Positions 7,972 to 16,839 of a DNA stretch of 32,000 nt are shown piece after piece. Under the pieces are notes generated by a model. The model did no database searches, was not told the origin of the DNA, and worked only from the letters and a program-made list of their open reading frames with translations. Source of the stretch: Butyricimonas virosa (GTDB taxonomy: Bacteria; Bacteroidota; Bacteroidia; Bacteroidales; Marinifilaceae); the NCBI RefSeq assembly GCF_025148635.1, contig NZ_CP102269.1, positions 1,302,099 through 1,334,098 of the forward strand. The letters run 5' to 3'. How positions within the stretch are numbered: position 1 is the stretch's first letter; each line of letters opens with the position of its first letter. Made by a program: the position numbers and the translations under genes.

Positions 7972-9213
7972 ATGATGAATAACAGCATATCTTCTCCTAT
8001 ATTTTGGATGTATTTTTCGTACGTCCTTTCTTTTATCATTCCCCTATTTTGCGGCCTCACGCTATTAACGGTCAAAGGGGCCATCTCCAGTGAACAAGCC
8101 GGAATGCATCCGCGGCGGCTACTGGGAATTATTTTCACATTCTCGGGGCTGATCTTCATCCCGAACATGATACAAGATATTCATAAATATATCACGGGTG
8201 AACTGGGCTTACTAATCTTTGATATTGCCATTAACTTGTTCTTAGTTCCCCTGCATTTTTTCTATTTCCGCAAGCTCTCGAAACCGGAAAAACTGACATC
8301 CAGAAGAATTTGGCCACACTTGATGCCGGGAATTTTAGTGCTGATCATCAGTTTCTTTTTGTCCCCTCTGCAAGAAAAGGTTGCAGAGAACTACGTGTGC
8401 TTTAACACCAACTTACCTCTAATTATTTTCCGTTGTGCCAGCCTAATCCTTCAAGCCATCATGATCACGATATACACGCTTCGCATTCTACATTTAAAAC
8501 GAAAACACATGCAACGATTAGAAGAGAATTATTCTTCCATGGAAGACATTGATTTACACTGGCTAAACCAAGCCATCCCTCTGGCTGCATTTTTCGCATT
8601 CGTAGCTCTTTTCTCATCTTGTTTTCAAGCCATCTGGAGCAATTATCTATTCCACATTAGTTCCATATTATTCACTTTTTACCTGTTTATCCACGCTCTC
8701 AACGAACCTTATATCTGTTACACGGAGCAACATGCGGAAATTCATGAAGAGGAAATCATTCCCCCTAATTCCTGTCCAGAACCACCTGTCATCACTCCAA
8801 CAAGCGAAACGGAATTATCCCCCGTTTTTCCTGCTTTACCCGAAAAGTATTTGAAAAATCTCGGGATCAAAAGAGAAAAGATGAAGAATGAACTCGTCCA
8901 ACTTTTCGATGAAAAAGAAATATACACTAACGGAAACCTAACCATAACCGACGTGGCCGCCTTACTGGGAACAAACCGCACGTATGTCTCGAACGTTATC
9001 AACAACGAGTTTGGTTTCAGTTTTTACCAGTTCGTCAACAAATACCGGATACAGAAAGCCACGATTCTATTCATTCAACACCCGGATATGCAAATCCAGG
9101 AAATAGCCAGCCTTTCCGGCTTTAATTCTCTTTCCTCGTTCATCTCTGCCTTCAAACTCAACGAGGGCATCACCCCAAAACAATGGAAACAACGTTACGT
9201 GGACGCTCTTTAA
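7972..9213 (+). CDS. Membrane-anchored AraC/XylS-family transcriptional regulator (about 7 predicted TM helices plus a C-terminal HTH domain)
   Basis: 413 aa. The N-terminal roughly 250 aa contain about seven long hydrophobic segments. The C-terminus ITDVAALLGTNRTYVSNVINNEFGFSFYQFVNKYRIQKATILF...IQEIASLSGFNSLSSFISAFKLNEGITPKQWK is a typical double-HTH AraC domain. Confidence 0.8.
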   Translation: MMNNSISSPIFWMYFSYVLSFIIPLFCGLTLLTVKGAISSEQAGMHPRRLLGIIFTFSGLIFIPNMIQDIHKYITGELGLLIFDIAINLFLVPLHFFYFRKLSKPEKLTSRRIWPHLMPGILVLIISFFLSPLQEKVAENYVCFNTNLPLIIFRCASLILQAIMITIYTLRILHLKRKHMQRLEENYSSMEDIDLHWLNQAIPLAAFFAFVALFSSCFQAIWSNYLFHISSILFTFYLFIHALNEPYICYTEQHAEIHEEEIIPPNSCPEPPVITPTSETELSPVFPALPEKYLKNLGIKREKMKNELVQLFDEKEIYTNGNLTITDVAALLGTNRTYVSNVINNEFGFSFYQFVNKYRIQKATILFIQHPDMQIQEIASLSGFNSLSSFISAFKLNEGITPKQWKQRYVDAL

Positions 9214-9349
9214 CAATTTCGAATACGTAAAAACTTTGGAATTCGTACAAGTCACGACCGAAAAGGTAAAATTATAACAGAATTTTACTTTTTACTCATC
9301 CCTTTCGTGACAAGTCTCTCACATTTGCAAAAACTTAAATGCTCACGAT

Positions 9350-10264
9350 ATGAAAAAATTTATTCTATCTATTCTTGCCATAGCAGCTATGACAAGTTGT
9401 ACGAAAACATCCGAAGATGACGTTGATCCTAATGCTCCGGTAGAGATTAAACTAAATGCTGGAATCGAAACAAGTGTTTCTATTGGAAGAAGTGCTGTTA
9501 ATAATCTGGATGAAGCAACACTTGGAGATTTTGTTTTCTTTAAAGGAGATGGAGATCAAACCGGAACAAATCTTACGTGGAGTTATACCCCCCTTACTTC
9601 AACGGTTTCTGCAGACGGAACAATTACTTTCAATCCAGTTCTATATTATAATCAAGATCCTACAAAATACACTTATTTCATTGGGATGTATCCCAAATCC
9701 GCCGGGACAATAACCGACAACAAACTCGAATTTACTCCTACAGAAGTAGAGAAAGGGCAAACAGATATTATGTATGCTCAAAAGATTTCCGGGAATAAAA
9801 ACACAACGACAAATCTCAAAATTCAATTTACACATGCTTTATCTCAATTAAAATTCAAATTCACAAAAGGAAGCTCTTTTGAATCTACAAGTGCTACCGT
9901 TACATCAATCACCATCAAAGGGACAAACATCCCGACAGAAATTGATCTTTCAACAGGAGCTATGACTTACAGCTTAGACACCAAAAATATCAAATTGGAA
10001 TTCACCACAGATAACACGATTGGAGGTTCTACTGCTCCCAAAAATGTCATAATGATTAACCCTAGTTCTTCCAATATAAAAGCAGACATTACAATACAAA
10101 ATGGAGAAAAAGTTCTCACGTTCACGGATATTGATATTACAGTTACCCCACAAGCCGGAGAATCTCATGAAATTGAACTTACATTTGAACAACAAGCAGT
10201 CTCGGGACAGGCGAGTATTACAGAATGGACTGACGGAACCGGAGGAACTGGAACTGTAAAATAG
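9350..10264 (+). CDS. Fimbrillin-family (type V pilin-like, Mfa-like) lipoprotein
   Basis: 304 aa. Lipoprotein signal MKKFILSILAIAAMTSC. Arg47 (SIGR/SAV) sits where type V pilins are matured. Beta-rich Thr/Ser-rich sequence with FTHALSQLKFKF and a C-terminal ITEWTDG pattern, as seen in Bacteroidota fimbrillin-like proteins. The assignment is by eye only. Confidence 0.55.
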   Translation: MKKFILSILAIAAMTSCTKTSEDDVDPNAPVEIKLNAGIETSVSIGRSAVNNLDEATLGDFVFFKGDGDQTGTNLTWSYTPLTSTVSADGTITFNPVLYYNQDPTKYTYFIGMYPKSAGTITDNKLEFTPTEVEKGQTDIMYAQKISGNKNTTTNLKIQFTHALSQLKFKFTKGSSFESTSATVTSITIKGTNIPTEIDLSTGAMTYSLDTKNIKLEFTTDNTIGGSTAPKNVIMINPSSSNIKADITIQNGEKVLTFTDIDITVTPQAGESHEIELTFEQQAVSGQASITEWTDGTGGTGTVK

Positions 10265-10284
10265 AATGAAATCACATAAATTTC

Positions 10285-10320
10285 AAAAATGAGGAAGAGT
10301 TTCTATTCTCCCTCATTTTT
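10285..10320. terminator. Bidirectional intrinsic terminator between the convergent fimbrillin-like gene and ddh
   Basis: aaaaatgagg ... cctcattttt is a 10-bp inverted repeat. An A-tract lies on one side and a T-tract on the other, so a hairpin plus U-run forms on both strands. Confidence 0.65.
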
Positions 10321-10330
10321 ATCCTAAAAA

Positions 10331-11227
10331 CTATACCAAATGCTTGATCAACTCCTCCCGATCCCCATACAGCATATCGATCACCGGAATCTCGATTAAC
10401 GTGTAGCATCCCGGCTGTTGTTTCATGGATGCACGGGCTGTTGCCACGAGAATTTGTCCCGTTAAGGCCGGATTATTGATCTTCATATCAAATTCGAACA
10501 ACTGGTTCTGAGTCTTACCGGAGACACCCTTGCGAACAAGATTCACACCGTGGCCCATATCTTTCAAGTTATCAACACACGCCACCTGCATCACGTGCGT
10601 CTCGTCATGCACGAAATAAGGATCGGTCTTGATAGCCTCGGCCACTTGTTTAAAATCATACCCCTCTTTCAGCTCCACGTACACCATTCGGCGATGGATC
10701 CCCGTACCTACCGGAATAGTCATGGATAATGCGGCTTTCACACCTTCAACGGCTTTCACGGCAACCGTGTGTCCCATGCTCATGCCGGGGCCGAAATTCG
10801 TATAAGTAATCCCTTTCGGGGCGCAAGCCTCTAACAAGGCACGAACGACAGAATCACTTCCCGGATCCCATCCCGCGGAAATAACAGATACTTTCCCATG
10901 CTTTTTGGCAACCTCTCCCAGACGTTTATGCAAACCGGAAATCTCCGTGTGAATATCGAAACTATCCACCGTGTTAATCCCCATAGCCAGTATTTTCGAG
11001 GCATACGACTCCACGCTACGGGTCGGGGTACACAAAATTGCCACGTCTACATCCTTGATTTGAGCAATATCCGACACGACAACATAGTCCTTCAATTCGG
11101 CCGGCACGTTCGTCGCATCCCGGCGTACTACTCCTGCTACTTCAAAGTCGGGGGCAGCTTGCAATGCCTCAAGCACGTAACTACCTATATTTCCATACCC
11201 GACGATGGCTGCTCTAATTTTCTTCAT
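10331..11227 (-). CDS. ddh: meso-Diaminopimelate D-dehydrogenase
   Basis: 298 aa. Rossmann start [13 protein letters not shown] plus GWDPGSDS and [11 protein letters not shown] motifs characteristic of DAP dehydrogenase. Confidence 0.9.
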   Translation of the reverse strand: MKKIRAAIVGYGNIGSYVLEALQAAPDFEVAGVVRRDATNVPAELKDYVVVSDIAQIKDVDVAILCTPTRSVESYASKILAMGINTVDSFDIHTEISGLHKRLGEVAKKHGKVSVISAGWDPGSDSVVRALLEACAPKGITYTNFGPGMSMGHTVAVKAVEGVKAALSMTIPVGTGIHRRMVYVELKEGYDFKQVAEAIKTDPYFVHDETHVMQVACVDNLKDMGHGVNLVRKGVSGKTQNQLFEFDMKINNPALTGQILVATARASMKQQPGCYTLIEIPVIDMLYGDREELIKHLV

Positions 11228-11688
11228 CTGTTTTTGTTTTTTAAATTAACATTGCAAATTACGAAATAATTTTTTTTCTTACAAAACGCAAGCGTAACGT
11301 TTTCACCCATTTGTTAAACTTTCAACATCTATTTTTCCCTTACTATTAAAATACAACATGTACCACAGCATCTTTTTACCTTCTCTTACACCGGTCCTGC
11401 CAAACCCGTTTTATTCCTTCGTTATCTCTTCGTTCCCTAGAACAAACATATATCGAAACCATATCGAAAGGGTAACGGCTGGATGTAAAACTATCTATTG
11501 AATATCAAATCATTATCCTTTACCCTATGCAAGATAATATTCCTGCAATATTTCTTTAAATATCTGTCGTTCCATAATCCCCCGATAATCCATAGAACAT
11601 TCTATTCACAAAATCCTTAAAAAGACTTATATTCCGATTCACGAGGCGAAATAAAGAAGAATTTCTTTTTTTTATTGTCAAAAACGGC

Positions 11689-11696
11689 TAATTTTG
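11689..11696 (+). promoter_or_regulatory. -7 promoter box TAATTTTG upstream of mutA
   Basis: Exact TAnnTTTG match, 53 nt upstream of the mutA ATG. Confidence 0.45.
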
Positions 11697-11748
11697 CCTT
11701 TCGTTTTTAATAACAAACAGTTACAGAATAAATACATAAAAATCTATT

Positions 11749-13629
11749 ATGGCAGAGAATGTAAACGAAAAGCTTTTCAGTGAATTTGCTCCCAACACCA
11801 CCCAAGAGTGGAAGGACAAAGTCATTGCAGACCTAAAAGGGGCTGACTTCGATAAAAAGCTGGTTTGGAGAACAAACGAGGGATTCAACGTACAACCGAT
11901 GTACCGGTTGGAGGACATGAAAGACCTCAAGAACTTAGAATGCTTCCCGGGAGAATATCCTTTCGTGAGAGGTAACAAGAAAAATAACAACGAATGGTTC
12001 GTTCGTCAAGACATCGTGGTAGAGGATGTGGCTGAAGCGAACAAGAAAGCGTTGAATGTTCTGAACAAAGGTGTTGACTCACTCGGATTCGTGCTTACAA
12101 ATTGCAAGAACTTCACGAAAGCCGACATGGCCACCTTGTTGAAAGATATTTGCTTGGAATGTATCGAGATTAACTTCGTTGCATGTTGCAACAAGGTTGC
12201 CATCTTGAATATGTTCAAAGAGTACGTTGCAGAGAAAGGATTTAACCCTGAAAAAATACAGGGAGGTATCAATATCGATCCGATCAGCAAACTCGTTTTA
12301 GAAGGAAAATTCTGTGACCCGAACCCGTTCAGCGTGGTAAAGGCCACCACGGAAAGTACTGCCGAACTGAAAAACTTCAAAACCATTGAAATAGGTGGAT
12401 ATGTATTCAACAATTCTGGAGCATCCATCGTGCAGGAATTGGGTTTCAGCTTGGCTGCCGGAGTAGAATACCTTGACAAATTAACCGATGCAGGAATGGA
12501 CGTGAAGGACATCGCTCCTCGTATGCGTTTCCACTTTGCTACCGGTTCCAAATACTTCATGGAGATTGCCAAATTAAGAGCAGCTCGTTACTTGTGGGCC
12601 CACATCGTGAAAGCTTACAATCCTTGCTGTGACTGTGTTTGCAAGATGAATATCCATGCTGAAACATCAGAATGGAACAAGACGGTGTACGACCCGAACG
12701 TGAACATGCTCCGTACTCAAACGGAAACCATGTCCGCAACGATCGGTGGTGTTGACTCGTTCACGGTTCACCCGTACGACTACATCTACGAGTGCCATCC
12801 TTCAGAACTGGGAGAACGCGTGGCTCGTAACCAACAATTATTATTGAAAGAAGAATCACATTTCGACAAGATCGTTGACCCTGCCGGTGGTTCATATTAT
12901 ATCGAGGAATTAACCCAATTCATCGCCGAGGCTGCTTGGAAACTCTTCTTGGAAGTACAAGAACAAGGTGGTATGGTGAAAGCTCTTGAATCAGGATTCG
13001 TACAGGCTGCCGTGAAAGCTACCGCACAGAAGAGAGATCAAGACATCGCTAACCGAAAAGAAAACTTCTTGGGGACGAACCAATTCCCGAACTTCAACGA
13101 GAAAATGGATAAAGAACTTTGCGCTTGCATCCTAGAGCCGGAAGACAAAACCGCTCCTGACGCTGTTGTTGAAACGTTGAAACCTTACCGTGGAACTCAA
13201 GCTTTCGAAGCTATGCGTATTAGAACTGACTTGTTTGCAAAAGAACAAGGTCATCGCCCGGTAGTTTACATGTTCCCGATGGGTAATTTGGCTATGCGTA
13301 AAGCAAGAGCTCAATTTGCTTGTAACTTCTTCGCTTGTGCTGGATTCCAAGTAATGGATAACAACGGATTCAAGACTGTTGAAGAAGGTGCTAAAGCATG
13401 CATGGACAACAAGGCTGATATCGTGGTAATCTGTAGCTCGGATGACGAGTACGCAACCATTGCACCGGAAGTATATGCAGCAATGAAGGACAAAGCAATC
13501 ATCGTTGTTGCCGGCAACCCGGAATGCAGACCCCAACTGGAAGAAATTGGCATCAAGAACTATGTTCACGTAAAATGTAACGTGCTGGAAGACTTGAAAG
13601 CATACCAACAAAAATTGGGAATTAAGTAA
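11749..13629 (+). CDS. mutA: Methylmalonyl-CoA mutase small (beta) subunit
   Basis: 626 aa. Mutase TIM-barrel homology (FPGEYPFVRG, RFHFATGSKYFMEIAKLRAARYLWA). The C-terminal flavodoxin-like domain lacks the DxHxxG cobalamin-ligand motif and has GNLAMRKARAQF at that position. It lies directly upstream of the large subunit. Confidence 0.93.
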   Translation: MAENVNEKLFSEFAPNTTQEWKDKVIADLKGADFDKKLVWRTNEGFNVQPMYRLEDMKDLKNLECFPGEYPFVRGNKKNNNEWFVRQDIVVEDVAEANKKALNVLNKGVDSLGFVLTNCKNFTKADMATLLKDICLECIEINFVACCNKVAILNMFKEYVAEKGFNPEKIQGGINIDPISKLVLEGKFCDPNPFSVVKATTESTAELKNFKTIEIGGYVFNNSGASIVQELGFSLAAGVEYLDKLTDAGMDVKDIAPRMRFHFATGSKYFMEIAKLRAARYLWAHIVKAYNPCCDCVCKMNIHAETSEWNKTVYDPNVNMLRTQTETMSATIGGVDSFTVHPYDYIYECHPSELGERVARNQQLLLKEESHFDKIVDPAGGSYYIEELTQFIAEAAWKLFLEVQEQGGMVKALESGFVQAAVKATAQKRDQDIANRKENFLGTNQFPNFNEKMDKELCACILEPEDKTAPDAVVETLKPYRGTQAFEAMRIRTDLFAKEQGHRPVVYMFPMGNLAMRKARAQFACNFFACAGFQVMDNNGFKTVEEGAKACMDNKADIVVICSSDDEYATIAPEVYAAMKDKAIIVVAGNPECRPQLEEIGIKNYVHVKCNVLEDLKAYQQKLGIK

Positions 13630-13634
13630 TTGAC

Positions 13635-13659
13635 GATTTTAGATTGCAGATTTTAGATT
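13635..13659. repeat. Direct repeat gattttagatt-gca-gattttagatt (14-nt period)
   Basis: Read directly from the sequence, in the mutA-mutB spacer. It shares the ttagatt heptamer with 5437-5464. Confidence 0.85.
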
Positions 13660-13683
13660 AACGGACAAACCGAAAACATCAAG

Positions 13684-13718
13684 AATCATAAATCAAAAAT
13701 CATAAATCAAAAATTGAA
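13684..13718. repeat. Perfect tandem 14-mer (aatcataaatcaaa)x2 followed by aattgaa; equivalent to five phased AATNNNA heptamers
   Basis: Read directly from the sequence. It ends 2 nt before the mutB ATG. aatcata is the reverse complement of the tatgatt units at 5444-5457. Confidence 0.9.
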
Positions 13719-13720
13719 AG

Positions 13721-15877
13721 ATGAAACCAAATTTCAAAGATATAAATATCAAGTCAACAGAAAAAGCTACCACTGCCGCTGCAGAATGGGAAAAAGCTAA
13801 TCACATCGAGAAAAACTGGTTGACACCCGAGCTGATACCGGTAAAACCCGTGTACACGGCTGAAGATTTAAAAGGAATGGAACATTTGGATTATGTTGCC
13901 GGTATTCCTCCATATTTACGTGGTCCCTACTCCATGATGTACCCGATGCGTCCTTGGACAATCCGTCAGTATGCCGGATTCTCTACCGCAGAGGAATCAA
14001 ATGCATTCTATCGTCGTAACTTGGCTGCCGGACAGAAAGGTTTGTCCGTGGCATTCGACTTGGCTACTCACCGCGGATACGACTCAGACCACCCGCGTGT
14101 AATCGGTGACGTGGGTAAAGCCGGTGTTGCCGTAGACTCTATCATGGACATGAAGATCTTGTTCGATCAAATTCCATTGGACAAAATGTCTGTATCCATG
14201 ACGATGAACGGTGCCGTACTTCCTATCTTGGCATTCTATATCGTTGCCGGATTGGAACAAGGTGCTACTCTTGACCAATTACAAGGAACAATCCAGAATG
14301 ATATCTTGAAAGAGTTCATGGTACGTAACACTTATATCTACCCGCCGAAGTTCTCTATGAAGATTATCGCTGACATCTTTGAATATACTTCCAAGAATAT
14401 GCCGAAGTTCAACTCTATCTCTATCTCCGGATACCATATGCAAGAAGCAGGTGCTACCGCAGACATCGAGTTGGCATACACCTTGGCTGACGGTTTGGAA
14501 TACTTACGTGCCGGAGTAAACGCCGGAATGGACATCGATGCGTTCGCTCCCCGCTTGTCATTCTTCTGGGCTATCGGTATGAACCACTTCATGGAAATTG
14601 CCAAGATGAGAGCCGGACGTTTGTTGTGGGCTAAGATCGTTAAACAATTCAACCCGAAAAACCCGAAATCTTTGGCATTGCGTACACACAGCCAGACTTC
14701 AGGTTGGTCATTGACCGAGCAAGATCCGTTCAACAACGTGGGTCGTACTTGTATCGAGGCCATGGGAGCTGCTTTGGGACACACGCAATCACTGCATACC
14801 AACGCATTGGACGAGGCTATCGCTCTTCCAACCGACTTCTCTGCTCGTATCGCTCGTAATACCCAGATCTATATTCAGGATGAAACCACCATATGTAAAT
14901 CAATCGACCCGTGGGGAGGTTCTTACTATGTTGAGAGCTTGACTCAAGAATTGGTTGAGAAAGCATGGGCTCACATCCAAGAAATTGAGAAATTGGGTGG
15001 TATGGCTGCCGCTATCGAATCCGGTATTCCAAAACTCCGTATAGAAGAGGCTGCAGCACGTACCCAAGCACGTATCGACAGTGGCGCTCAAACCATCGTG
15101 GGAACCAACAAATACCGTTTGGAAAAAGAAGACCCGATCGATATTCTTGAGGTTGACAACACCGCTGTACGTGAGGCACAGATCCGTCGTTTACACGAAT
15201 TGAGGGCTAACCGCAACCAAGCTGAAGTTGATGCCGCGTTGGCTGCAATCACCAAATGTGCAGAAACAGGAGAAGGAAACTTACTCGAATTAGCTGTTGA
15301 TGCCGCCAAGAAGAGAGCCTCTTTGGGTGAAATTTCAGATGCATGTGAAAAAGTTGCCGGACGTTATAAAGCAGTTATCAGAACCGTGAGTGGAGTATAT
15401 TCAAGTGTCGCTAAAGAAGATGAAGACTTCAAGAAAGCGAAAGAACTGGCAGACCAGTTTGCAGAAATGACAGGACGTCGTCCGCGTATCATGATCGCTA
15501 AAATGGGTCAGGACGGACACGACCGTGGTGCTAAAGTTGTCGCTACAGGTTACGCAGACCTTGGTTTCGACGTGGATATGGGACCGTTGTTCCAAACTCC
15601 GGAAGAAACCGCAAAACAAGCCGTTGAGAACGACGTTCATGTTGTCGGAGTATCTTCTCTGGCAGCCGGTCACAAAACACTTGTACCTGCCGTTATCGCT
15701 GAATTGAAGAAATTGGGACGTGAAGACATCCTCGTTTACGTGGGTGGTGTTATTCCTCACCAAGACTACCAATTCTTGTTCGATGCGGGTGCTATCGCCG
15801 TATTCGGCCCCGGTACCAAAGTATCCAAGAGTGCAATCCAAGTTCTTGAAATCTTGATTGACTTGGCTAAAAAATAA
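13721..15877 (+). CDS. mutB: Methylmalonyl-CoA mutase large (alpha) subunit, adenosylcobalamin-dependent
   Basis: 718 aa. [36 protein letters not shown] and the B12-binding motif [13 protein letters not shown] (DxHxxG). Confidence 0.97.
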   Translation: MKPNFKDINIKSTEKATTAAAEWEKANHIEKNWLTPELIPVKPVYTAEDLKGMEHLDYVAGIPPYLRGPYSMMYPMRPWTIRQYAGFSTAEESNAFYRRNLAAGQKGLSVAFDLATHRGYDSDHPRVIGDVGKAGVAVDSIMDMKILFDQIPLDKMSVSMTMNGAVLPILAFYIVAGLEQGATLDQLQGTIQNDILKEFMVRNTYIYPPKFSMKIIADIFEYTSKNMPKFNSISISGYHMQEAGATADIELAYTLADGLEYLRAGVNAGMDIDAFAPRLSFFWAIGMNHFMEIAKMRAGRLLWAKIVKQFNPKNPKSLALRTHSQTSGWSLTEQDPFNNVGRTCIEAMGAALGHTQSLHTNALDEAIALPTDFSARIARNTQIYIQDETTICKSIDPWGGSYYVESLTQELVEKAWAHIQEIEKLGGMAAAIESGIPKLRIEEAAARTQARIDSGAQTIVGTNKYRLEKEDPIDILEVDNTAVREAQIRRLHELRANRNQAEVDAALAAITKCAETGEGNLLELAVDAAKKRASLGEISDACEKVAGRYKAVIRTVSGVYSSVAKEDEDFKKAKELADQFAEMTGRRPRIMIAKMGQDGHDRGAKVVATGYADLGFDVDMGPLFQTPEETAKQAVENDVHVVGVSSLAAGHKTLVPAVIAELKKLGREDILVYVGGVIPHQDYQFLFDAGAIAVFGPGTKVSKSAIQVLEILIDLAKK

Positions 15878-15886
15878 TAAAATGCA

Positions 15887-16684
15887 TTAGGCAAAAGAAG
15901 GGAGTTCACAAGACTCCCTTTTTTGTACTACACTCATAGGTACAACGTCCTCGATATACACGTTCCAATTTCCATCGTAATCCTCGGTCAAGGCAGAGAG
16001 AGATTCCACCCAGTCTCCCGAATTCAAATAAAACACGTTCTCGATCATCTTTTTCTCCGGATAATGGATATGCCCGCAAATTACCCCTTGGCAATCTTTT
16101 TTCCCGGCAATATCCACGATATGCTTCTCGAAATCACTGATATATGAAACCGAAACTTTCACTTTTAACTTGATTTCCCGGGCAATCGAATAATAGGGCA
16201 AGCCTTTCCTCAATCGACGGCGATTATAAATCTTGTTCACCCACAACAAGAAAGAATATCCCACATCCCCGACTTTCGCCAACCAACTCATGGAGGAAGT
16301 CACTTTATCAAACACGTCCCCATGCAGCACGTAATAACGTTTATTCCCACTCGTGTAGATGTAATCCTTCACCACTGAAATATTCGAGAAGGTCAAGGGG
16401 ATCACTCGATCCAGGAAATCATCATGATTTCCCCGCACGTAAATAATCTTCGTGTTATGCGAGATGTCCAGTAACACCTTGATAAAATTCGTGTGGCACC
16501 GCCGCCATTTACTGGTTTTCCCTCGCATAAGCGACCACCCGTCGATAATATCACCACATAAGATAAGGGTATCGCAAGAGTGTCGTTTTAAAAAACGGGT
16601 AACTTCTTTCGTCTTCGACCATTTAGAACCAAGGTGGATGTCCGAAAGAACGATTGTTTTGTAATGTTGCTGTTTCTTAGGCAT
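15887..16684 (-). CDS. Calcineurin-like metallophosphoesterase, LpxH-like (probable UDP-2,3-diacylglucosamine diphosphatase)
   Basis: 265 aa. Metallophosphoesterase motifs VLSDIHLG, CGDIIDGW, RGNHDDF, VLHGD and GHIH. The size and N-terminal pattern resemble LpxH-type enzymes. The specific activity is an inference. Confidence 0.65.
   Translation of the reverse strand: MPKKQQHYKTIVLSDIHLGSKWSKTKEVTRFLKRHSCDTLILCGDIIDGWSLMRGKTSKWRRCHTNFIKVLLDISHNTKIIYVRGNHDDFLDRVIPLTFSNISVVKDYIYTSGNKRYYVLHGDVFDKVTSSMSWLAKVGDVGYSFLLWVNKIYNRRRLRKGLPYYSIAREIKLKVKVSVSYISDFEKHIVDIAGKKDCQGVICGHIHYPEKKMIENVFYLNSGDWVESLSALTEDYDGNWNVYIEDVVPMSVVQKRESCELPSFA
15898..15925 (+). terminator. Intrinsic terminator of mutB (aagggagt-tcacaag-actccctt followed by a T-run)
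   Basis: Perfect 8-bp GC-containing stem, 7-nt loop and a run of six T (15919-15924), starting 21 nt after the mutB stop. It lies inside the last codons of the convergent LpxH-like gene. Confidence 0.75.
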
Positions 16685-16839
16685 ATATTCATTCCTAAAT
16701 TACTTATACAAAGGAAGAACTGTATTGTTAAGAAACGGTTACTAAAATATGAAATAAATGTTTCTACATTTCCCGTTCATTTCCGTACAAATAATTAAAA
16801 AGAGTTTTATAACTTGCTACTCGATAAAACAAAAAAAGT

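Noticed and set aside
9251-9311. Imperfect inverted repeat gtcacga(ccgaa)aagg ... cctttcgtgac upstream of the fimbrillin-like gene, as a possible invertible (phase-variable) promoter
   Set aside because: The arms are only 7+4 bp with a bulge, and the enclosed segment is about 34 bp, too small to carry a promoter. No site-specific recombinase gene is nearby.
7972-10264. Mobile-element origin of the AT-rich regulator/pilin module
   Set aside because: No integrase, transposase, tRNA target or flanking direct repeats are visible. Only the compositional hint remains, and it is reported under findings as tentative.
11228-11748. Lysine riboswitch upstream of ddh, or cobalamin riboswitch upstream of mutAB
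   Set aside because: I could not find the conserved cores on the appropriate strand. There is no AGAGGCGC-type L-box start on the minus strand and no B12-box-like GCCACUG element. The single GAGGCGA (11643-11649) is on the wrong strand for ddh. A covariance-model scan is needed to be certain.
12006-12572. Long antisense ORFs inside mutA and mutB (12006-12572, 13132-13611, 14338-14802, 15401-15841, minus strand)
   Set aside because: They lie entirely within strongly supported mutase coding sequence on the opposite strand. Their translations show no motifs and are rich in Ser/Phe/Cys, as expected from shadow frames.
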